A stretch of 64,000 nt of DNA from Amphiscolops sp. MND2022 (taxonomy: Eukaryota), in assembly GCA_964187785.1 (NCBI GenBank), contig OZ076420.1, positions 19,034,001 through 19,098,000 on the forward strand, in the 5' to 3' direction. Each line of letters begins with the position of its first letter. Position 1 is the stretch's first letter. Made by a program: the position numbers and the translations under genes. Below the pieces are notes generated by a model. It had not been told where the DNA came from, did no database searches, and saw nothing but the letters and a program-made list of their open reading frames with translations. Of the stretch, positions 26,901 through 38,900 are shown piece by piece.

Positions 26901-29900
26901 GCAGAAAAACTAAATTATACCTGTTTCAGAGATGGGACTTATGCAACGGATGACTGTGGACAAAGCATAGCTGACGGCTACAAGCTGTTTTTACTTTTTG
27001 GGTTTGTGATCGTGAAGGCAATCGTTCCTATTGCCTTGACTGCAATCACATTGGTCATTGTTTGCGAAGTAAACAAGTACCAACATAGCTCCAGGAACCA
27101 ATCGTCCCCTACAGCTTTCGTGACCAATAGCTTTTCTGGGTTGAAAAAGATCCAGCTCTTCAAACTGTCTCAAAGTTTTGCAGGTTCATCGAAAAATACT
27201 TGAACTTGCCTCAAAAATTCATCCCCTGTAAGTTTTATTTTTAAAAAAAACCTGAGGGATCTTTTTTGAAATACCATGAGCATAAAAACCAACACGGTAT
27301 AAAAAACGTAGTGCAGACGCTGTCGCAGGCTGCCGCCTGCGATGGCAACATTTACACGATTGACCATACGAAGCCAACCGCCCTACCTGGGACGCTCCCA
27401 TTGTAAACCAAAACTTTCAAACATTTAGTATTATTTTGAACATGTAATATTAATTGATGAAATATATTGTCATTTCTTATGTAAAATACATTTGACAGCA
27501 AGCCATACTGACAGGCAGAAAGGAAACGTGTTCAAATGTTTGCCTGCTCAGTATGGCTAGCTATGCCGTCTACGGTCAATTGGCCAATCAGAGTGCAGTT
27601 TGTAATAGCCATCTTATTACTTATTACGTAACTGTGCTAATAACTATTTAGAATGGACCAAGGCGGCCAACTAACTTTGCGGGCCTTATTGTACTCTAAT
27701 GCTATACTTGATTGGTATTCAGTAATTACAAAAAGGACGAAAGCGGCTATGTGACATAGCCGTCCCAATTCACTGTATTAATTGTCTTGGTGCTAAGCAG
27801 TAAATAAGGCCTGTCATGGCCGGTTAGCACGATGAATACTCAAATGCTGTATACTTGCCATATGAAATTGGTATTCCAGTTAATTAGTGGCTTGAAGATG
27901 CAAATAACCCACCCCATGCAATAAACAGACATATACACTGTTAACATGTAATTGTTGCTCTCTCATATTATGATGGGACTGAATTAGAAAACCCCAACGG
28001 CCATACGCCGAACAGGGCCTTCATGAATTGTTGTGCATGTAAACTGTTGCTTGCATGAATTATACTTGTAAACAATTTGACCCATATGCGGATGAGACTT
28101 GTCGGGCCCTTTGATCTAGCCGCCCGCACAAGTCTAAAATGATGTCATGTTACTATTTATAGTGCTGACGTATCTATTTTTAGTTTGCGTTGCTATTTTT
28201 AGTATCATGACCGTTACAATTTTGCCTGTCATGCCCTCTGGGGTATATATACCCAAGTCGGCCTGACAAAGGTTAATCATAATTTTGCAGCTGCCTGATA
28301 CACTACGCTCATCTTGATTAATCTGAAAATAGAAGTATTTGTCCCCAGGAACAATTCAAATATTTTCTCCTGGAATAACATTTTCAATGCCTTCTACGAG
28401 GAGACAAAAGGCCAAGTCTAGAAAATCTAGAGAATTAGATATGTTGTCCGACTATGGCAACATGGACGTAATGCTGGGTGGCAGAAGTTCCAACTCTATA
28501 GAAAGAGAACTTGATAGCTTGATTAATGTCCCTGAGGGACAACGAGACTTTCAGTCCTTTCCGAACAGAGAAAATTCATCTCAAGAAAATGAGATTAGAG
28601 ACATCGATAGTAGAAATGAACCAGTCAGGGAAAGTAGACTGATAGAGTCTATCAATACACTATCTGGGGAAATGAACGCTAGGATGTCGCGTGAGATGGA
28701 GGCTATGATGGACCTAATGCAATCACAGATTACCAGGGCCATCAGTTCTGCTATAAGCGAGAGAGTCATTCCGGAAATACAGAATATGGTAGAAAATTTA
28801 CCTTTGGGTCAACACGGCGTTGAGCCGGGTACGTCCTTAAATGAGGATGGAATTGGGAATGTATGGAAGAACGCAGATACGAAATTTACAAAGAAGGACT
28901 CAAGGTCCGCTTGTGATCTGAGGGATTACACGGACAATGTTCCTTACATGGTGACAGGAGCTACCGAACTCCAACAGCCGATTCCTGAATTCCTCACAGG
29001 ACGAATTCACTCTCAGCCAGACCTCCAAAGACAAGAATCTACTCATGATACAACTCTGGATACAACTCTGCCAATAGCGGAGCCTGCCCCGGCAGAACAG
29101 CCACAAGATCCCATCAACCGATTGGCAGATGTCCTGGTAAACCTCCAAAATAAACCACACTCGATGACAATTAGACCAGTCACGACGAACCCCATGACAT
29201 TTGACGGCAAAACAGAGAAATTTGAATTGTTTGAAGATTTATTTCATACAATGATAAAGATGCAGCCTGCCATGACTGAACAAATGAAAATAAATCATTT
29301 TCATTCTCTGCTCAGAAAAGGAGCACTGCAAACTTTCCGAAATATAAACTCCATAAACCGTCAAACATTAGCAGACGTATTGGTCATATTCCGCAGAAAG
29401 TACGTCAAACCCGAGTCTCAAGCCACAGCTAAACACAAGTGGCACAGGCTCATCTTTGATCCCAACACGATGAAACTACCCGATTTTCTTGAGGAACTCA
29501 ACCAGGGTGCCGAGAAGGCCTTTGGGGAAAACGCCAAAAGCATGATAGACAGTCTCTTGTATGCTAAATTACCCCCAAAACTCAAAAGATCAGTCAATAT
29601 GGCTCGACTGGAAAACGGGACCTACGAGGAGATTGTGGCACATCTGGAACGGGAACTCGAGTTAAACGCATTAGAAGAATCTGATGACCAACCCATTGCT
29701 ACAATGGCTTCGTCGTCCAACAAATCCCGAAATTTACTATCTAATGGCATTGACACCAACAAAAATAACCAATGCTCATACTGCAAAGCAGAGGACCACT
29801 TCTGGAAAAATTGTCCAAAACTGAAAAAGAAGAAAGAATCAGAGGCCAAAGACGGCAAGAAGCCTCAACGACAAACTTATCCAGAATGTCCCACCTGCAG

Positions 29901-32900
29901 TAAAACCAATCACCCAGCAGAGAAATGTTGGAGTGGCGCTGGTGCCCATCTTCGTCCAAAAAGAAATAGACAGGACTCCACCAAAGACACGGAGCCCTCT
30001 GAAGACGAAGGCACTCGCACCAAGAATGAAAAATCCACAACATCCTCATCAGGCCAATCGAATTCTAAAAAACCTGAATCAAAAAACTAATTTTGCCACG
30101 ACTCCAAATCTCTGACCAAATGTCGATACGACAATATGTCATATCAGACCCAGATAATATCGTTTTCAAGCAATCACAAAAGGACATCACAGGGACCCCA
30201 TCGACTCTCTGGCAGCAGCAGATGGTGGAAGCCTGTACTCAAACTCAATACATTATCCACAGTGACCACCCATATCTATATCGACGTAATAACCTTACTA
30301 AAGACTCAGAAACCCAATTCCGACCCTTACAAACTGTCGAAGACTACAACCCCCAATACTACGACCCCGAGTACGGCAAAGACCCGTACTGGGATGATGA
30401 GTTATATGATAAACACAATTTACAATTTCGGAATGATGACTACCCGCCAACAGACGATGAGGATGACCCTGACATTGTAGACACCATACTGTCCCGGGCA
30501 CTTATCGAACAATGGCAACCAAATTTTGATGCAATCAAAGACCAGCCACATGCAGAAGAGACACAGGCCACACCTGGCCTCCTCGACGAGACAGCCTTCA
30601 TACATGTCCTCGTAACTAAAGAGGGAGAACCAGCGTATATACCACTATCCACAAACCTCGGACTCAAATACAAAAAACGGATGCTATACTTCCCGATGGA
30701 CTTTGGGGAACTAACCATAGACGGCCTCATAGACACTGGAGCTCACTCCAGCGCAATTCCGGAAGCAGACCTCAGGAAAATTCGCCTATTGGCGCCCCAA
30801 TCCATAGTCAAAGAGGGACCTGCCCCGACGTTTCAAATTATGGTCGCAAACGGACAATTGGAAACCCCAAAGAGCACTGTTGAACTCAAGTTCGAAGTCG
30901 GAGATATTGAATTCCATGAAATATTCATAGTAATGGAAAAACTGACTGGCCCTATCATAGGACTAATGTTCCTCCAGAGGAATCACACAGTACTGGACAT
31001 GCGACAAGGCATACTCAATTTCCCATATTTCTCGATGCAACTCAAAACGGCTGACCATAAATACTCTAACGTACTGGAACCAATACTTAACCCAGACGAT
31101 ATCACAATACCACCCAATGACCGCACCTTAGTAGAGATTAAATCCCAAATCTACAATGAAAATACGGTCACAGGGGTGTTGGAACCCAGTGATCTCCTCC
31201 ATGAAGAAGGCGACATCACATTCTGTGCCGCAATAGTCACATTGATTAATGGAAACGTCAACGTTCATATCAACAACTTTACAGACCAACCGTACAAGCT
31301 TAAAAAAGGACGACACATAGCAAACTTTTCCGTACTAACACCGGAACAGATGAAACACGTCAAACCAATTGACCCGGTGTCCACATGGCATCTCTTCAAT
31401 GAAAACGAAGAGGATGCGATCTACTATGTCAGTAGTCTACTCAAGGCTAATCGGAACAATGACCAATATGAACAACACTGGTTTCCTACGCCAGAAAACC
31501 CAGGGGACGAAGATTCCCATACTCCTATCCAACGACGAATCCTTCAAGAATTACGAAACCTCCAAGAAGCTGAACAATTGAATCCACAGAATGATGATGA
31601 GTCACGCCGCAAATTCCTTGGCAATTTCGACTGGAAAGACTCCATGCTGCAACAACATGAAATCAAAAAGATCGAATCGCTTTTAGTCGAATACCATGAC
31701 ATATTCGCACGACACAGATTTGACATCGGAATGAATGAAGAATTCACGGTCAAACTGACTCCTAAGGACGATTCGCCTGCTTACAGCCAAAGTCTCCCAA
31801 CTCCAGTCAATTTAAAAGAGGACATACTTGTCGAACTGGCCCTCTTACACAAATATGGCATAATAACTACACTGCCATTTTCGAAATACGCCAGTCCCAT
31901 ATTCGCACAGAAAAAGCCGAATGGGAAGCTAAGACTACTAGTCGACCTGAGGAAAATTAATAACTTCATTTCGGATGACTATATCAACAATAATCATCCG
32001 GTTAGTACCCTAACGGACGCTGCACAACATATGGCAGGAAAGAAAATATTCTGTAAACTTGATTGCTCACAGGCATATCACTGCCTGCCAATGGCGGACC
32101 AAAGGTCCGTTGAGATGCTCGCGTTCAACTTTGCAAGCCGCACCTTTGCGTATAGACGACTTGCCCAGGGCCTTAGCAGGGCATTATCAGCATTTTCAAG
32201 TTTTATGAGGGAATATCTCGATAAAGTTATCAAAGCTGATCAATGTGCCCAATATGTCGATGACATTGGCATAGCCGCCAATGATGCGGATCATCTCATA
32301 AAAAATTTGAAAGCAACCTTTGAGTGCATAAGGCATGCTGGCCTTAAACTGACAATGCACAAATGCCACTTCGGGGCAACGGAAATCGATTTCTTGGGGA
32401 GAACAATTACTCCGGAGGGAGTCAAACCACAAAAGGAGCGAATAACCAACTTCCTAGAAAAAACCAAATTTGCCAAATCTAAAAAGGCTCTACAAAGATA
32501 TCTTGGTTTCCTAAATTATTACAGGAACTATATCCCAAGATTATCTGAAAAATTAGCCCCTTTCTTTCAACTCCTCAAAAAAGACGAAAAAGTCCTGGTG
32601 ACCACATAACTCATACAACAGTTCAATGAAATCAATCGGGACCTCGACAAATGTAGCCAATTGGCCCTGAAGCAACCTTTGCCAAACAAGCAACTGGTCC
32701 TGATGACTGACGCTAGTTTCACAGCGGCCGGCTACGCCATACTTACCGAGGACGACCCAAACCAGAAATATTCATCTGTCAAAAAATCATACGCTCCAAT
32801 TGCATATGGCTCAAAAACGTTTACGCCATCGCAACTCAAAATGTCCATATACGCTAAGGAATTCTTAGCGATTTACTACGCATTCAAAGAATTTGGACAT

Positions 32901-35900
32901 ATTTTCTGGGGAGCCCCTAAACCGATTACCATCCTCACGGACAACAAATCGGTCACGAGATTCTTCCAGACGAAGATAATCCCTCCAACACTCTGGAATG
33001 CATGTGACAATGTAATACAATTCAATTTTGTCATAGCACATATACCAGGGAAAAACAACACAGCCGCCGACTACTTATCTCGCATGGAAATGGACCCCAG
33101 AGAGAAACTAGTCCTTAAAATCCGCGAAGACATAGAGACTAAGCCCATCGAGGTCAATGTCCAATCGGCAGGCGTTGCTGAAGAGGAACAGGTTTTCTTC
33201 ACGGAGCAAGATGATGAGACAGAAGCTCAAATTTGGAGCGTAAAAAACAAAACCGAACCAACCCAATCGACCAAGAAGGCTTTATTCAAATTGACGCAAT
33301 ATCCGAAAACATTGTAGATGAGATTACAAACTTTACCCAAAAAATGCGCAGAACGAATCAAATTTTACTTGAACAATCCAAAGACCCTATACTGCGCCAA
33401 CTCAAAGCCAAAATTCAGAACGAAGACTGTTCTGAAGAACTACTCCAGCAAGACATCCGATACAAACACTACCTTAACAACTTGGACCGAATAGTCCTTA
33501 AAGACGAAATAGTCACACGACAATATTATGATGAAACTGGGCAAGTCAAGTATCACCAAGTTCTCTTACCAAAACACCTTTTGACAGAATTGTTACAGGC
33601 CTTACACGGAACGGCGCACAAACACCCGGGTATATCGAAGATGTTACAAGAAATACGACAAAAATACTACTACCCCGGTATAGCAAAACACGTTAAAAAA
33701 TGGGTAGAAGGATGTGTAACTTGCGCAAAAGATAAACGGGTCCCAAACAACACGATAACGCCCGAATTGCTTAACTTGCCAGAATGGGACCTTGGACCAG
33801 AGGACGCAATGCAAATCGATTTACTCCCAAACTTGCCAACAAGCGGAGGTTACCAAACAGTGATGACAGCAATAGATGTCTTCTCAAGATATCTGTTTGC
33901 CTACCCGCTAGTTGAGGCAACAGCCTCTAACACGGCAAAGGTCTTAATAGACATCATGACAAAGCACTCATATTTGCCAACTACGATCATCACCGACAAA
34001 GGAACCGCTTTTACATCAAAAATTATTGCAGAGATAACGCAAGTATTGGGAATAACCCTAAAATGCGCAACGACTAAACACCCACAAACAATTGGCAAAC
34101 TCGAGAGAACTCACGCCTCATTGAAAACAAATTTGAAAATGGCCTCAGGGGAATATCGCCGTCAATGGCACAAATATTTGCCACTAGCAGTGCTCAATTA
34201 TAACACAACTTATCATTCCAGCATCGGTTGTGAACCGAGCAAGGTCTTTCACGGAAGAATTCCCTATAATGTTCTTGATCATAAACTCGGAAATAATCCT
34301 AATAAGGATTTCCTCCCGACTACTGAATTTGCTGAAGAATTACAACAGAGAACAAAAGTTCTCATTGACAAAACGAAGCATAACATTATGCAATCCTACT
34401 TGAAATATAAAGAATACTATGACCGAAAGGCCAAAGCAGCTCCTCTCAGTGAACAAGATTTTTGCTTTATCCTACAACCTAAAGCGGACAATCAAGGATC
34501 AAAAATACCATTCAGAGAATATCGCTGGATCGGTCCTTATCGAATTGAAAAGGTATTACCTAATGACAATTACATTGTCCGCCGGTTAAATACGAATAAA
34601 ACACAGAGATTACACCGAATTCGCCTGAAAAAGTTTGTTCCTAATACGATTTTAGAGGACAAATATGCCAAAGAGAAATTGCAACCAGATGATGAAATAA
34701 TCATACCACAAGATGATTTATACACCATCTCATGGGAAGCAGATTTTGACTACCATCTCTTCGAGCCGAGACGAGACGATAATACCGACGAAGAATCGCA
34801 AGCACCAGACAGCGATGCTGGTGTCACGACTAGTGATTACGTCATTTATGACAACGCTGATGACAACACGGCAAGGCCGAGGACGGCCACCAGCCGAGAC
34901 GGCACAATCACACGAAACGCAAATGACGTCACCGAACTGAATGAACGAACCAAAAAGAATGAAAATGAAGCGGGACCGAGTACGGCCGCTAGCCGAGACG
35001 CACCTATAATGCATGATGAACATGACGTTAGCGAGAATGCTGCGCGAGACGAACAAAGCAGCGAAATAGAAAGGCCGAGAACGGCCACTAGCCGAAATAG
35101 CCACAATGGTGGTAATACACCACCTAGTTCAGAAAAGAACGTGAATGACGTCACAAATGAATTAGAAGGCGAGAAAAACTCTCCTAACGAGGGGGATGAT
35201 ATTACCGTGCCCGGAATATCGAATGAAAAAGCAAATGAAAAAACTGATGAAAACTCTAGCCCTAGAGGGGGGAAATACAATCTTCGACCTAACCCCAACC
35301 CCAACTATACTGATGAATACAGATACTAGTCAGAAATGTTAAATTATGTCCCTATTTATTTTACTGCCCGAGATGGCATGTTTTTACTGGGACTACTCTG
35401 ACTTCTTTGACTCAAAAGAAACCTACTATATAAATACTAAAACAAGAAACAGAACGGAAATTTACAAATAGAAAAGTCTAAAATGGCGAATGTACACTAT
35501 GTACATTTAACTTTTAGAGCTTCCTTCTCGCAGTTCTTGGACTGTCTTTGAGATCTCACTAGCAGGAATGTCGCCAAAATAGGCCAATTTTTGAGCTTGC
35601 CCAGCAGCCCAATTTATCTTTCGCCCAGCAGAAGTTGAGACAGAGGATGAACGTGAAGCCGTGCTAACGCCAACCACGGGAGTTCCTTTCAAATTCTTGA
35701 AGGCAGCAGTAAGGGTCTTTAGGAAATTCGCCTGCCCAAAGACGTCGACGTGAACCCAAGGGTCTCCAGCAAGCTGTCCGGAACTAAATTGTCCCTCCAA
35801 TTCCTTGTAGTTAGCTAGAGCGGCTTCAGTGGTACAAACGGAAATCGCACTTGGGCAATTTGTCAAGTAGGATTGGGCGGGCAGTATTACCGCAGAAAGA

Positions 35901-38900
35901 CGGCATCGGGAATTGGAGGTATCGACATCCTGGAATTTAACGGCAGGAAGGGTTTGATGTCCCTCAGTTATGCAAAGGCAGCACAACTGAAACAAGCGAA
36001 AAAGCCTAGCACGACTTCGGAACTCAGTAATTGGAATAAGGAGATGTAACACGTCAGCAACAGTCACTGGGGAAGACTTAATGGAAGGGTAAGATTTGCG
36101 AAAGTAGTCCACAAACTCGAAATATTCATCCCGACAGTCATTACGGGAGGACTCGTCCACCCAGCCGCGAAGTCGAAAGCTGTCATACAAAGCGTTGAAG
36201 CAAAAGGATACTTGCTCAAGAGGTAATGTCAATAACACATGAGGATCGAAGCTACCCATACCGCGGACAATATTTGCGGTGAAGTGAATATCCCGAAGTA
36301 AAGACTCCAACAGAGTGACTATATATGCCCGGGCTTCAGTCCCAAAATTCTCCTGCTCCTTGGAGACCAACTCAGCCTGATTAGCGGGTACAGGATTTGA
36401 TCCCCTAGATTTCTCCAGTTTCGCTTGACAAACCAGATCAAGGTCACAGGTGAGTTTGAGGCGATGCAAGAAATCACGGATTGATAATTGCCTCAGATCG
36501 TCAGGGCACAATTGCAAGAGACCATTCCAGTCTGTATCGCTTGGGATACATTTGGGCAAGATGGCGCGGTGGCACAACCGGCGGATGAATCTGCAATATT
36601 GGCCATAAACGAAGAGGGTTGCATCCCGCCGTCCAGAGAGACTTCGTTCGAAACACTTGGCATCCAAACAAATTTAGAGTCAGATGCAAATCACCAGAAT
36701 CTACCAAATCCCCCACCCCATCACAAATGTGGTTATGCTTAAAGCCGTGATCGGCACATCAGCTGGTAGGTCAACTACGCTGGCGGTTCAAATAAAAATG
36801 AAGAAAAACTAACAATCGCGGACCAGCAAGGAGAGGAATTCAAGCTTGATGGTGAAGAAGTCATCTAGAATAATCTCCCATTCCAGGCTCTGAGGCTTAA
36901 AAGGAAATTTACCTCATAAGGATTACATCTTCCGAGATTACAGTGTGGTGTAGTTACCAATGCTGATCAACTAGAAAACGGCTAATAGCTACCTTATTCT
37001 TAGCTCCTTGCATCTTCTGGGTTGGGGCTATACTGGTCAGGTAGTCCTTGATAGCTTTCCAGCTTCTAACGAGCTCGGAACAGACGGCAGGGATCTTCTT
37101 GAGTTCCACATCACATGCTGTTATGGCCTACGGAACACAATTAAATAAGGAGAATTGCCTTTACTATTATGAAAGTGACCAGGAAGGAGTATCGACACCA
37201 GGTCAACGTCTAATGAAAAATTATGTTGGAAAATAAATCACCTTGCGAAGTTCAGGACTCTGTAGAGCCCAAGATTGACTGAGCCCGCCTCGGAGGTAGA
37301 CGACTAGAAACTTCAGTTGGGGAAAATGTCAATTCGACCAAAGATGTAGCCAGTCTGCAGTGCTGTGGGGTGCATTAACTCAGGAAGGGAGAAAACCTCG
37401 AAGCGGAACGGGTACTGAATCCCACGGTTGAACAGCCCACATGTCTCCAAAGCTCTGAAGACCATGGAAGAACACCCGGAAACACTGACAAGATTGGGCT
37501 TTGAGGACACAACTGACAGCAGACATGAGATAGCTGTTAAGTAACAGCCCGGATAGGGGTCAGCTTGATTGTGACGATGAAGTTCAACCCGCACGAGTGA
37601 GTCATCTCTCCAGAAACGGACGGACTGCACCGGTAGATGCCCTCTGTCGTGAACTCAATCGAGTACATCTTAGTAGCCATGATGTGACTGGAGATATCTG
37701 CGAGACCTCTCATGAAAACGTGATGGAAGACGTTCTAAAAACAAAACACAAATGTACAAAAGGGACGTCTTAGCCAGAGGCCACGTTGGATCTTACTATT
37801 AATTCTATAGACGAAGATTCTACTTACAGTAAGAGTTGCAGGTCCCCAATCGAATGAGGAAAACAAGGCTTGGTGGTTGGTGAACATGCCCACTCGAGTC
37901 CATAAGTTTCGCAACAGGGAAATATTGCCATCTTGCGGTACGAAAGTCCCAATCAATGAGATTAAGGTACTGGTCCGAAGGTCATCAGGGTTGGTTAGTC
38001 CTCCAATACTAGCCATGTAGTCATCGTAGAACGGGAAACGATCTCCTGCCTCGATCAGGGGGGCATCAATGAATAATGGTTTTTCTCGCTCTAGCTCAAT
38101 TGGAGTAAGGACGTAACCATCTTTCCCTCTGACATAGTGCGTAACAACCCCAGTAACTTCATCAGTCTCTTGCAGATGGGTGAACCTCCACTTTTGATCT
38201 TTCCGGAGATGTCCTACTGTCTTATAGTGTCTTAGAATCTCCCTGGCGCCTTTTGAGAAAATAGAGACATTAGTTTTACATAGCATGCAGTAAAACTTGA
38301 ATTTATTGTGGACGGGATCGACGGGGCCAGATACGAAGGTGCGGGTCCATTTGATGCCCTTGTGGACTTTCCGGGCCCTTGGAGTTAAAGACAAAGGATC
38401 AGATTCACTCAGGCAATCTGTGCCAGAACTGGACCCCAACTGGTAAGGATCTTCATCTGTATTGAAGGCTCCACTAGTGTAACCATCTGAGACGTGTCCC
38501 TCAAAGTTACTCTCATCTCCTGAACTGTCAGTGAACGGCCGTGCTGGAGTTGCACACCGCTTGGGCATAGGCCTTTTCTTATCCTGGGGAGCTCCCGAGT
38601 AGCATGGAGCAACAAAGATTTCATCATGTGGTAGGACGAAAGTACAGATTCGTCGGAAACGGTCCTCAGGACAGCGTGCATCTCATCTGCGGTAAGAGCG
38701 ATGACTGGTTGATCTCTGGGTAGTTCAATGGGGCGAGTGTCCTGAAAATACTTCTTGATGACTAGTTTGCCCTTTGCGGAAAGTTGCCTATCGGCGCCGT
38801 CTAATTTGGCTCGATACTGCTCCTGTTCGGAATCACTGTGCCCTGAGTCTTCATGGAATCCTTCTTATAGATCAGGGAAAGTAGTAGAATCCAAAATGAC

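Noticed and set aside
29622-35304. Many short - strand and alternate-frame ORFs over gag/pol (e.g. 34846-35304, 34730-35104, 30136-30480)
   Set aside because: Shadow ORFs of a long coding region, with no motifs or splice support.
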